A stretch of 63,770 nt of DNA, counting the filler, from Candidatus Babelota bacterium (GTDB lineage: Bacteria; JAGOBX01), in NCBI GenBank assembly GCA_017999075.1. It is 10 parts of 10 records of this genome, joined end to end, with 100 filler letters (N's around TTAATTAATTAA, not from the genome) between each part and the next. Parts side by side here need not be neighbours in the genome. Positions count along the whole stretch, not along the records: positions 38,547 to 44,809 come from JAGOBX010000222.1; positions 44,910 to 51,140 come from JAGOBX010000223.1; positions 51,241 to 57,456 come from JAGOBX010000224.1; 7 more parts are not named here. One strand, written 5' to 3'. The notes beneath the pieces are model-generated. The model saw only the letters and a program-made list of their open reading frames with translations, ran no database searches and had not been told where the DNA came from. Within the stretch, counting starts at the first letter, position 1. Each line of letters opens with the position of its first letter. Below, piece by piece: positions 42,626 to 52,298 of the stretch. A program made the position numbers and the translations under genes.

Positions 42626-43294
42626 TTGGCAGGAAGATACAGAGCGCGCACTAAAATTGAAAATATTAATGTTGGCGTTTATTATGCCGATCAAAATTCG
42701 TTAGAGAATGAATTAATCGATAAATGCAAAGATATTTTTTATACGAACGCAGCTGTTAAAAATGAACTTGAAATAGGATGCGGAAATGGTCATTTTATAG
42801 CAAAAAAAGCTGCTGAAAATCCGTCAGTGTATTATTTTGCCAATGAAATTAAATTTAAGATTATAGTAAAAGCCATTCAGAAAATTTACAATAATAAACT
42901 TAACAACGTATTTTTTTTGAGAGGGGATATAGCTTTTTTTATAAAATTAATACCGGATTGTTTTTTAAATGCAATATACATAAATTTCCCTGATCCATGG
43001 CTTAAAAACAGGTATAGAAAACGCAGAATAATAAACCAGGAAAATCTTAGTATATTTCATTCGAAACTTTCGGAATCGGGTGAAATTTTTTTTGTTACTG
43101 ATAACACGGATTATTTAAACTATTCCATAGAACAATTTAAATTAAGCGGTTTTTTTGAACCTGTTTTCGAAAACTTCGGTTATTCGGAAAAATTGGATAA
43201 TTATCCGCAGACTTTGTATGAAACGATTTTTAGAAAACAAAATATACCGGTATATTACACGGTATATTCTAAAAAAAACAGGACAATACAATGA
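42626..43294 (+). CDS. trmB: tRNA (guanine-N7)-methyltransferase
   Basis: LEIGCGNG, NFPDPW.K.R..KRR, FVTD, T.YE. Confidence 0.93.
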   Translation: MAGRYRARTKIENINVGVYYADQNSLENELIDKCKDIFYTNAAVKNELEIGCGNGHFIAKKAAENPSVYYFANEIKFKIIVKAIQKIYNNKLNNVFFLRGDIAFFIKLIPDCFLNAIYINFPDPWLKNRYRKRRIINQENLSIFHSKLSESGEIFFVTDNTDYLNYSIEQFKLSGFFEPVFENFGYSEKLDNYPQTLYETIFRKQNIPVYYTVYSKKNRTIQ

Positions 43295-43845
43295 AAACAG
43301 GATTATTTTCTTATTTAATTTTAAGCGTAATTATGAGTGTTTTATTATTTTTAGGAGGTTGTTCCACTTTTCCAAAAGATGAAAACCAGAAATTTTCAAG
43401 ACAAATAGAAATATACGTACCTATTTTTAAAAATAATACGTATAAACCGGGAATAAATGAAATGCTTACAGATTGCGCAATAAATATTATGACATCTTCT
43501 GATTTTTTAAAACCAGTAAATAAGGATGATGCGGAATTTTCTGCTGCATGTGAAGTTATTTCATACGGAGTAACCTCCAAGATACTTGATTATTCAGATG
43601 TTTCTCAAATGAACAGACTCGATATTACTATACGGGTTTTTTTGTCGGAAAAAGACAATTCCGGGAATTTTTCTGAAGTTTCAAAATTTGATGTTTCAGC
43701 GTTTTCTAATTTCAGCGAAACAGGCATTTCTCCCGAACTTGAAAAAGATGCAGCGTCTAAATTATACAAGATTATTTCAATTAAATTAATTGATAAATTA
43801 AAAAAAAATATTTATGACAGAACAAAAACCAAAACTGAAAATTAA
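43291..43845 (+). CDS. lptE: LptE-like lipoprotein
   Basis: Lipobox LGGC and IYVPIFKNNT..PG....LT. Lies immediately upstream of holA, the usual synteny. Confidence 0.7.
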   Translation: MKTGLFSYLILSVIMSVLLFLGGCSTFPKDENQKFSRQIEIYVPIFKNNTYKPGINEMLTDCAINIMTSSDFLKPVNKDDAEFSAACEVISYGVTSKILDYSDVSQMNRLDITIRVFLSEKDNSGNFSEVSKFDVSAFSNFSETGISPELEKDAASKLYKIISIKLIDKLKKNIYDRTKTKTEN

Positions 43846-44809
43846 ATCGGCAAATTACGATTTAAAAGAATTCGCCGTAGAATTATCAAAAAAAAAAGTG
43901 GCGCCAGTTATATATTTGATATATAACGAATCAGATTCTGAAAGCGCGGAATTTATAGATTCAGTAAAATTAGAATTGAATATTGTGGATGACAATATTT
44001 ATATTTACCTTGGCGAAGAAATGGATTTAAATCAGTTTATAACCGATTACTGCAACGTTCCGTTATTCGGCGATAAAAGGCTGTTTATTATAAAAAATTT
44101 AAATAACTCAAAACAAAAACGCGACAAAAAATTAGTTGAATCTTTTTTAAGGCTGCTTGAAGAACCTCAGCAGGAAAATTATATTATTATAACCAACCCT
44201 TATATTTCGGAAAAAAAATATACGGATTTGATATACAAAACTTTGCTGAATTCGGCAGTTATAAAAATAAAAGAAGGAAATGTTATTCAATGGATAAAAG
44301 ATTATGCTGAAAAAAACAGGAAAAACATTGATATGCAGGCAGCAAAAAAATTATTCGCATTATGTAATGAAAAAAAAAATAATATAAAATCAGAATTGGA
44401 TAAATTATTTTTATATTGTCTTAATGAAAAAGAAATAACTCTTGAAGTTATTTCTAAAACAGTTCAGAACTATGACGAGGATAATATTTTCAATTTATTG
44501 GATAATATAATCCTTCGTCAATACGAAAAATCAGTTATTCAATATAGGGAATTATTAAATAAACGGGTGTCTGCGAATGTAATATTGTTTAATTTAATTG
44601 AAAAACTGAATAAACTGATTTATTTTAAAGAAACTGCAGTTAAAATGAAATATATTGGTGATTCTCAACTTGATCAAATTTGTGCTATAATCATGCAAAA
44701 ATATAAGCTTCCAATAAATTATTATGAAAAGTATAAACTTAAAACTTTTGCAGCAAAGTATGATTTTGAAAAATTAAAACTTTTTTTAAAATATATGATA
44801 GAACTTGAT
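43814..44809 (+). CDS. holA: DNA polymerase III delta subunit, 3'-truncated
   Basis: PLFGDKRLFIIKN, WI......K.I...A...L, SELDKL.LY, NIFNLLD.I. Confidence 0.85.
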
Positions 44810-44909
44810 NNNNNNNNNNNNNNNNNNNNNNNNNNNNNNNNNNNNNNNNNNNNTTAATTAATTAANNNNNNNNNNNNNNNNNNNNNNNNNNNNNNNNNNN
44901 NNNNNNNNN

Positions 44910-45660
44910 CTATAATCTTTCAATCTATAACCCTAAAGAGTTTTCTACAAAATTAAAAAACTTTCATCATTTTTAATTCGTTATATTCGTGGTTAAAATT
45001 GTTCTTCGGTGTCATTCAGTGTCCTCGGTGGTTAAAAATCTCTACCACTGAAAACACGGAACGACACCGAAAAATACAATTTACTTTTCTGCCACAAAGA
45101 CACCAAGTCACTAATTTTTTTCGTGTCTTTAGCGCCTTTCGCTGTTAATTTATCAATTGTCTAATTCGTGTGAATTAGTGAAATTCGTGTAGAAAATTCT
45201 TTGACACGAATTACACAGATTCCCACGAATTTTAAAACGCCAAAGCGTTTGCTATAATATTTCAATCTTTGAATCAATAACCATAAAGGGTTTTCTCTAA
45301 AATTAAAGCCGCTCGTCATTTTATTCATTTAATTCGTTTTATTCGTGGTTAAAATTCTTTTTCGGTGTCCTTCAGTGTCCTCGGTGGTTAAAAATTTTCT
45401 ACCACCGAAAACACCGAATTACACGGAAATTTAATTAAAAATATATTCAAACACGAATCTATCAAATCTAACGAATTTAAAATACAAAAGTATTATTTAA
45501 CTGTATCCTTCCGTTAAACCTGTATTCATCTGTTTAAAAAAATTTTTATACTGATTAATAAGTGATTAAACGAATTTTTACGAATTTTAAAAACGCTAAA
45601 GTGTTCTCAATAATTTTTAAATTTTGAAATCTAACAATAATTGTCAATTGTCAATTTATT
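44910..45660. repeat. Non-coding array of ~355-bp units made of imperfect palindromes
   Basis: The hairpin at 45005-45071 recurs at 45361-45428, and CGAATTTTAAAA(A)CGC occurs at 45226 and 45581. Further hairpins lie at 45091-45144 and 45163-45231, and a tandem AATTGTC at 45639-45656. Confidence 0.92.
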
Positions 45661-45664
45661 AAAC

Positions 45665-48600
45665 TTATTCGCGCCATAACTGTTCATTCGCTCCTGCTAC
45701 TTTTTCACGCTGCGTGTACCACCAATGATATCCTTCTCCATTCAATATTTTGGATTTAAACGGCGATCCTTTTGCTTTCGGCTTATTTGAACTGTCGCGG
45801 CTGCTCCATTGAAATTCATCAAAGAGATTGATATTACCTTTATCATCCATATCAAAAACAATATCAGATGCTGAATTATTTTTAAATGTTGTTTCCCATA
45901 TCCGCGAACCGTTTTTATCATACAATACAATCTGACCATTCTTTTCAAATACGCATCTTTCCGCCTTATTTTTATCGCGAGTTGAAAAAATAGGTCCTTC
46001 GTATGTTTTAAAATAATTATTTCTCTGAAATTCAAACCGGCGCGCTGATAATTCAAGATAACCGTCATTTGTGAATGTAAACGTGAAACTTTTATTTGCA
46101 TTACTTATTGATTCGCCTTTTTTCAGTTCAGAACCGCCATACATATATGAATATTGACCATTTTTCGCGTCGGCGATTGCCTTGCGTTTATTGCGGTCAA
46201 ATTTTTTGATCGGCTTGCCATTGCATACAATCTGCAGTTCGCCATATTCGTTTATTGAAGCTGTAGCGCCAGGATTATCTTCCGTTTCCGTTTCCCATGC
46301 AATCTTATTGTCAGAAGTATAGACAACAAGATTACCGTTTTTTTCCATAACGCATCTATATGCCTTTTGTATTGGAAATTCCTGAATAGATTTAAAAGTT
46401 TTCACTGTATCATATGGCGGCGTCTGCATCTGTGATATTTCTTTTCTGTGAGTTATTAGCCAGCCCTTGTTTTTATTCTCATCATTAGAATTTGGATTCT
46501 GAGATATTGAAAAATACATTGCTTTATTTTTATCAGTTGCGTGATAAATGAATTCATTCGGTTTCAATTCCTCGCCTGATTTGAGTTCTATCCTGTCTTC
46601 TTCGGTAAGTTTTTTCACTATAGGCGCAGGAACACCGCCCCATTTGCCGTAAACTTCAATTTCCCGGATTGAGTAATTTGGACCATACATTGCTTTTGTT
46701 CCACTCATACGGATATATCTTGCAACCACATTATTTACCGAAAATTCGCGGTTATCAGCCGTTCCTTTAGTTATTTCAGCAATATCTATCCAGTCATAGT
46801 TATTCGGTGAAACCTGAATTTTATATTGAACGCCCGGATCTACCCAGTCAATTATAATTTTGTTAACAGTTGCATTTGCTTCAAGATCAACTGTAATTGT
46901 CTGTTTATCTCCGACTTCGCTCATCCATTTTGTAGCCGGATTTCCGTCAGTTGCATTTTTGAAATAAGATGTAACAGTTCCCGCCCGCATTTGAGAAGAA
47001 GCGGAAACCGGCTTATTCAACGCGAGATTTTCAGGTTCGGATTGAGAAACAGGCGCTGATTGAGCGCTCCAAACTTCAAATTCATAAATTGCAAAACCTA
47101 TTTCAGTCAATTTCCCATTTGCATCTACTTTCTCATAAAATTTCCGCAAGCGTGTCAAGCAATTTATCTTTACATATCTGGCTTTTATTTCATTGAAAGA
47201 AATATCTTTTTTCCCTTCTTTTCCATTATATACAGCCGCAAGATCCGTCCATTTTTTATTATCAGATGAAACGGAAACTATATATTCCAAAGCTGCTTCA
47301 GGCCGCCAGTTCAATGAAACTCCATTTATCAGAATTTCTCCGCCAATATCAACTGTAATCCATTCTCCGTCATTTGGCTGGGACATCCAATAAGACGACT
47401 GATTGCCGTCATTTGCCCAAGCAGGATTTCTTTCATCATAAAAACTGCTGACAAAAATCTTTTTATTTTTTGCGATATTCGCGCCCTTCAAAGGTTGCGC
47501 TTTAGCAAAAAGTCCGTTCACTTCAAATTCGTTCAGCGCGCAGCCCCATTTGCTCATCGGTTTAACGCATAATACACGCGCGCCGATTGCGATTGTTTTA
47601 TCAATTATAAATTCGCGCGAGCCTTCAAATCCGTCGGTAACTTTAACAATATCTGTCCATATAACATTATCTTTTGTAATTTGAATTTTATATTCTTTTG
47701 CCGCGTTCCAATCCCAATTTACAATAAACCTGTCAATTTCAACCGGACTTTCAAAGAAAACTGCCAGCCAGTCGTTTTCCACGCCGCTTGACACCCAATG
47801 AGTCAAAGGATCGCCGTCAATTGCGCTTTTTGAAGAATAATCCTTTTTAGCGTTTGGATTTCTTTCTATCATACTCGCATGCGCTTCGCTATTTGATTTA
47901 ACAATTCCTTTTTGTGCTTGGTTCATTGTCCGCCAATCTGATTTTACAGAAGTCATACTATTTTTTTTGTTCTCATAAAAATTGAAGACAATCTTGTTAT
48001 CTTTGTCAAATATATTCAAATCTCCGTTATCTGTAAGTTTCAGATAATTATTCGGATATGCCGGAACATTTGATTTCCAATTGCCTTCCCTGCCATTATC
48101 GTCGAATGTTGAAAATTTACCTTCTTTACTAATCATCAAAACCGGATTATCCTGAACTATAATTTCAGATGCCCAGAGCATTTTTTTGGAAGAAACCTCA
48201 TAAATTTTCAATATGCCGCGGGTATTCTGAAACGGCTCAAATTCAAGCGAATATTGACCATTTTTTGAAACAAGCTTATTGCCAACTCTAAATTTTTCGC
48301 CAATAGTCAGCATATCATCCACAACAATTTGCGGAGTTAACTGCGGATTTTTATTTTCAAAAAAAGTAAATATCGCCTTCCCGTTTTTATCAAACATTTT
48401 CAGGTCGCCGCCGTTTGTCAACTGAACATAATTATTCGGATTAACAGTTGCATTGCAAATATTGGATTCTACATCAAATTTATTAAATGATGAAAATTTT
48501 CCGTCAGCTCCCATTTTCAGAGTTATACCGAGATTAAGCGTAGAATACCAGATTTCTTTATTATTCCAGTCATAAATATATAAACGGTTTACGCCGCCAT

Positions 48601-50899
48601 TATCAGTTTTAAACTCAAGTTTATAATTGGCATTTTTGGAAAGCAGTTTATTCCCGATTTTAAAAATACCATTTGGCCCGAGAATATCGTCGCTTGAAGG
48701 AATCTGATTTTGTTGGATTTGATTTGAAGAAACTGATGTATTTTGAACAGGTGTTTGAGCCGCTTCACGGCTTTTAAAAAGCGCGTAGAGATTTTTGTCG
48801 AAATCTTCGTCTTTTGCGCCTTTTGATATTGCGGCATTAATTAAAGCGCGCACATCCTTGAATTTTGATATTGTTTCCGGTTTGCCGAAATCGGACTGTG
48901 GTATTGCTTTCTTACCGTCGATTATTTCAGCCATTGCCTTATTAGCCGCATTGATTTCTGTCAGCGTGCCTGAACTCTTATTTTCAAAAAAAACATAGAT
49001 AGACGCGCCTGATTTATCGAACAGCCGTAAATCGCCTGCATCAGTCAATTGAAGATAATTATCCGGATTTTTCGGGGCATCGCATTTCCAATTTTCGTAT
49101 CCGGTAGGATACATGCTTGACAATTTTCCGTCTGCCCACATTTTTATTGTACCTGCTAAATTCATTTTAGAATACCAGAGTTCATTATTATTTGAATCAT
49201 AGATATAAAACCTGTTGCTTCCTCCATTATCAGTTTTGAATTCAACTCGGTATTTGCCATTTTTTGAAGTCAGTTTATCGCCGATTTTCATTGAACTATT
49301 AGGGCTAAGTATGTCCGCGCCACTCGGAATTGAAGAATTAGACGTTGACTGCTGTGAGTTTGTTTGATGATTTTGCGTCGTTTGATTTGAAGATTGTTGA
49401 ATATTTTGCGTTTGAGTTTGCTGAGTGGCAGATGCAGTTGCCGCAACCTTTTGCGCCGCGCCAGGAACCGAGCCTTCAACTCCCCATAATTCAAATTCAA
49501 TAATCATAGCGGAATTATTCGAAGATTGACACCCTTTGCTTATTGCTACTCGAACATAGCGGGCAATAAATTCCGTTACATTCTTATCTGTAATTGACTC
49601 TTTATTGTTTGAAACAGAATCAACATTTGTCCATTTTTTGTTATCTGAACTTTTTTGTATAACAAATTCAGGTATAACATATTCAGGATAATTGCTGTAA
49701 TGTTTAATAACATAATGCCATATTGTGTGTTCTTTTTCCAAGTCAACAGTCAATATTTTATCATTGTCGTTTGTGAACCAGAAAGTCGTAGCGCTGCCGT
49801 CAATAGCGCGTGCGCCGTTATACGAAACTCCTGCGCTTCCGCTTTCAATATATTTTTTATTAAGCGCCACATTTTTTAACTCTAATGTCTGACTTACGGG
49901 AGGAGTTTGATCCTGCTGCTGCGCTGCTCCTGTATTTTCAACGCCATAAACTTCAAAATCAAGAATAACTCCTATTGAGTTTGAGTTCTGCATTCCTTTA
50001 ATTATTGCTATCTGTACATAGCGCGCAGTAAATTCATCTACTGATTTATCGGTTTTATCAGCACTGTTATTTCTAACCGAATCCACTACTGTCCAAGTTT
50101 TATTATCCGAACTTTTTAAAATATCAAAATCTGAAGTTCTATAAGAAACCGTTAAATGATGTTTGACAACATAACGCGAAATGCGGTATTCTTTCCCTAA
50201 ATCTACGGTTAAATTTTTTTCATTATCGTTGGTGTACCAAAAAGTCAGAGCATTACCGTCCAACGCTTTTTCGCCGTTGTAATAAGATGCAACACTGCCG
50301 CTTTCAACATATTTTTTATTTAATGCAACATTCGTCGGCGGTTGGGTTTGCTCTGATGACCCTGAAGCCGACCGAACGCCGCGGCCTGTTGATCTTGCAT
50401 CCCTTGATCTGCCGGTTGAAGTTCTATCAGTCGATTTTACTTTACGGCTTCTTACTCCCCGCGCTGAACCGCTTTCTGAAGTTTCTTTGTTTTCGGTCTG
50501 CGAATTTGCTTTTTCAAGCGCAGCTTGTTTTTCAAGCGTTTTCATCAATGATTCAAGATTATTCGGGTCAATCTCCGCAGATGTCTGACCGCCAGCGCTT
50601 CTAACTCCCCGGCCCCTGCCAGCCGAACGCACACTGCGCTGCGAATTCTCATCGGAAGATTTTGATTCTTTTTTTTCTTCTTCAGTCATTAGTTTTAACA
50701 GTTCATCCGGCGTCAATATTTTTTCTTTGCTGACTTCATCAGCTGATTTTTCAACATTTTTATCCGCGCTTCTTACGCTTCTTGACCGTGATGAGTTTCT
50801 AACTCCGCGTTCATTGTTCGCGAATAATTCGATTTCCCAAAACAATACAAACACAAATAACACAAAACACATTCTTGAAAAATTTTTAAAATTTTTCAT
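45665..50899 (-). CDS. Secreted multi-lectin protein: five F5/8C (discoidin/CBM32-like) and about five bulb-type-lectin-like domains
   Basis: Signal peptide; N.ALNK...A.DG...T.W...TVDL...ARYV repeats; L.SKNG.Y.LEF and L.LTD.GDL repeats; GGAGG RBS. Confidence 0.85.
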   Translation of the reverse strand: MKNFKNFSRMCFVLFVFVLFWEIELFANNERGVRNSSRSRSVRSADKNVEKSADEVSKEKILTPDELLKLMTEEEKKESKSSDENSQRSVRSAGRGRGVRSAGGQTSAEIDPNNLESLMKTLEKQAALEKANSQTENKETSESGSARGVRSRKVKSTDRTSTGRSRDARSTGRGVRSASGSSEQTQPPTNVALNKKYVESGSVASYYNGEKALDGNALTFWYTNDNEKNLTVDLGKEYRISRYVVKHHLTVSYRTSDFDILKSSDNKTWTVVDSVRNNSADKTDKSVDEFTARYVQIAIIKGMQNSNSIGVILDFEVYGVENTGAAQQQDQTPPVSQTLELKNVALNKKYIESGSAGVSYNGARAIDGSATTFWFTNDNDKILTVDLEKEHTIWHYVIKHYSNYPEYVIPEFVIQKSSDNKKWTNVDSVSNNKESITDKNVTEFIARYVRVAISKGCQSSNNSAMIIEFELWGVEGSVPGAAQKVAATASATQQTQTQNIQQSSNQTTQNHQTNSQQSTSNSSIPSGADILSPNSSMKIGDKLTSKNGKYRVEFKTDNGGSNRFYIYDSNNNELWYSKMNLAGTIKMWADGKLSSMYPTGYENWKCDAPKNPDNYLQLTDAGDLRLFDKSGASIYVFFENKSSGTLTEINAANKAMAEIIDGKKAIPQSDFGKPETISKFKDVRALINAAISKGAKDEDFDKNLYALFKSREAAQTPVQNTSVSSNQIQQNQIPSSDDILGPNGIFKIGNKLLSKNANYKLEFKTDNGGVNRLYIYDWNNKEIWYSTLNLGITLKMGADGKFSSFNKFDVESNICNATVNPNNYVQLTNGGDLKMFDKNGKAIFTFFENKNPQLTPQIVVDDMLTIGEKFRVGNKLVSKNGQYSLEFEPFQNTRGILKIYEVSSKKMLWASEIIVQDNPVLMISKEGKFSTFDDNGREGNWKSNVPAYPNNYLKLTDNGDLNIFDKDNKIVFNFYENKKNSMTSVKSDWRTMNQAQKGIVKSNSEAHASMIERNPNAKKDYSSKSAIDGDPLTHWVSSGVENDWLAVFFESPVEIDRFIVNWDWNAAKEYKIQITKDNVIWTDIVKVTDGFEGSREFIIDKTIAIGARVLCVKPMSKWGCALNEFEVNGLFAKAQPLKGANIAKNKKIFVSSFYDERNPAWANDGNQSSYWMSQPNDGEWITVDIGGEILINGVSLNWRPEAALEYIVSVSSDNKKWTDLAAVYNGKEGKKDISFNEIKARYVKINCLTRLRKFYEKVDANGKLTEIGFAIYEFEVWSAQSAPVSQSEPENLALNKPVSASSQMRAGTVTSYFKNATDGNPATKWMSEVGDKQTITVDLEANATVNKIIIDWVDPGVQYKIQVSPNNYDWIDIAEITKGTADNREFSVNNVVARYIRMSGTKAMYGPNYSIREIEVYGKWGGVPAPIVKKLTEEDRIELKSGEELKPNEFIYHATDKNKAMYFSISQNPNSNDENKNKGWLITHRKEISQMQTPPYDTVKTFKSIQEFPIQKAYRCVMEKNGNLVVYTSDNKIAWETETEDNPGATASINEYGELQIVCNGKPIKKFDRNKRKAIADAKNGQYSYMYGGSELKKGESISNANKSFTFTFTNDGYLELSARRFEFQRNNYFKTYEGPIFSTRDKNKAERCVFEKNGQIVLYDKNGSRIWETTFKNNSASDIVFDMDDKGNINLFDEFQWSSRDSSNKPKAKGSPFKSKILNGEGYHWWYTQREKVAGANEQLWRE

Positions 50900-50968
50900 A
50901 ACAAAACCCTCCGAAAAATAAATATAAATTTTACTTGTATAAACCGTTGTAATCAGCCGGTTATTTTT

Positions 50969-51140
50969 AAATTATTTTTCTGCAACTAAGACACCAGGAT
51001 ACAATTTTTTTCGTGTCTAAGAAAGTAGTGTCTGAAAATTTTTTTGCACGAATCACACGAATTTTCAAAAAATTTTCAAACGCTAAATTATTCGCTGCAC
51101 TCTTTAAATCTTGAATTATAACAATTCTAAAACTCTAAAG
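50969..51140. repeat. Diverged, internally deleted copy of the ~355-bp unit upstream of the lectin gene
   Basis: TTTTCTGC.AC.AAGACACCA...AATTTTTTTCGTGTCT and GAAAATT.TTT..CACGAAT.ACAC...AAACGC.AAA are colinear with 45079-45288 and in the same orientation. Confidence 0.85.
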
Positions 51141-51242
51141 NNNNNNNNNNNNNNNNNNNNNNNNNNNNNNNNNNNNNNNNNNNNTTAATTAATTAANNNN
51201 NNNNNNNNNNNNNNNNNNNNNNNNNNNNNNNNNNNNNNNNAT

Positions 51243-52298
51243 ATAAAAGTAATTCAGGATTGTTTGGAAAACAGTGCTTTTATAATGGGAGATTATATAA
51301 AGAAAATTGAAAAAAATGTTTCTGATATGCTTAACGTGAAACATTGTATTGGAGTTTCATCCGGAACCGATGCTTTGTATATTCCTCTTCTACATCTTGG
51401 AATAAAACCTGGAGATGAAATTATTACCACCCCGTTTACTTTTATTGCAACCGCTGAGGTTATTTCATTATTAGGCGCAAAACCTGTTTTTGTAGATATA
51501 GAAGATGTCACATATAACATGGATTCTTCTAAACTTGAAAAATATATAACTCAAAAAACCAAAGCAATCATACCAGTTCATTTATACGGACATCCTGCGG
51601 ATATGGATCCGATAATGGAATTATCTAAAAAACACAAAATATTTGTAATAGAAGACTGCTGCCAGGCGATTTGTGCAGAATATAAAAATAAAAAAGTCGG
51701 GTCAATTGGAGATTGCGGCGCTTTATCTTTTTTTCCGAGCAAAAATCTAGGATGTTTTGGAGATGGCGGGATGATCACCACTCAATCTGAAGAACTCAAT
51801 CGTATTTATTCTATGATCAGGGTGCATGGACAGGAAAAACGCTACATTCATGAAGTAATGGGAATTAATGGAAGACTTGATAACATTCAGGCAGCTGTAC
51901 TGACTGTAAGAATTAAGAGACTTCAAGATTGGATAACCGATAGGATAAGAATTGCAAAAAAATATTGTGAAGAATTGAAAACAATAGGAGAAATAACAGT
52001 TCCACAAACTAAAAATAACTGCAAACACGTTTTTAACCAGTTTACTGTTAGGATAAATAAAAAACGTGATATTTTTCAAAACAGACTAAATGAATCAGGA
52101 GTTCCTACAGCAGTTCATTACCCGATTCCTCTTCACTTACAGCCTGCGTTCAAATATCTTGGTTATTCAAAAAATGATTTTCCGGTCAGTGAAAAAATCA
52201 GTGAAGAAGTTATATCACTGCCTATATTTCCAGGTATGACCGAACAGCAGCAGAGTTTTGTTATAGATTCAATAAAAAAAACGGTTAAGACATTATGA
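51243..52298 (+). CDS. DegT/DnrJ/EryC1/StrS sugar aminotransferase, 5'-truncated
   Basis: SSGTDAL, PVHLYG, IEDCCQA, SFFPSKNLG.FGDGG, N.RLD.IQAA, HYP.PLH.QPA. Confidence 0.95.
   Translation: MKVIQDCLENSAFIMGDYIKKIEKNVSDMLNVKHCIGVSSGTDALYIPLLHLGIKPGDEIITTPFTFIATAEVISLLGAKPVFVDIEDVTYNMDSSKLEKYITQKTKAIIPVHLYGHPADMDPIMELSKKHKIFVIEDCCQAICAEYKNKKVGSIGDCGALSFFPSKNLGCFGDGGMITTQSEELNRIYSMIRVHGQEKRYIHEVMGINGRLDNIQAAVLTVRIKRLQDWITDRIRIAKKYCEELKTIGEITVPQTKNNCKHVFNQFTVRINKKRDIFQNRLNESGVPTAVHYPIPLHLQPAFKYLGYSKNDFPVSEKISEEVISLPIFPGMTEQQQSFVIDSIKKTVKTL

Noticed and set aside
44910-45660. CRISPR array or integron attC array
   Set aside because: There is no constant 23-47-nt repeat with unique spacers and no cas or intI gene. 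I find no properly paired RYYYAAC...GTTRRRY ends.
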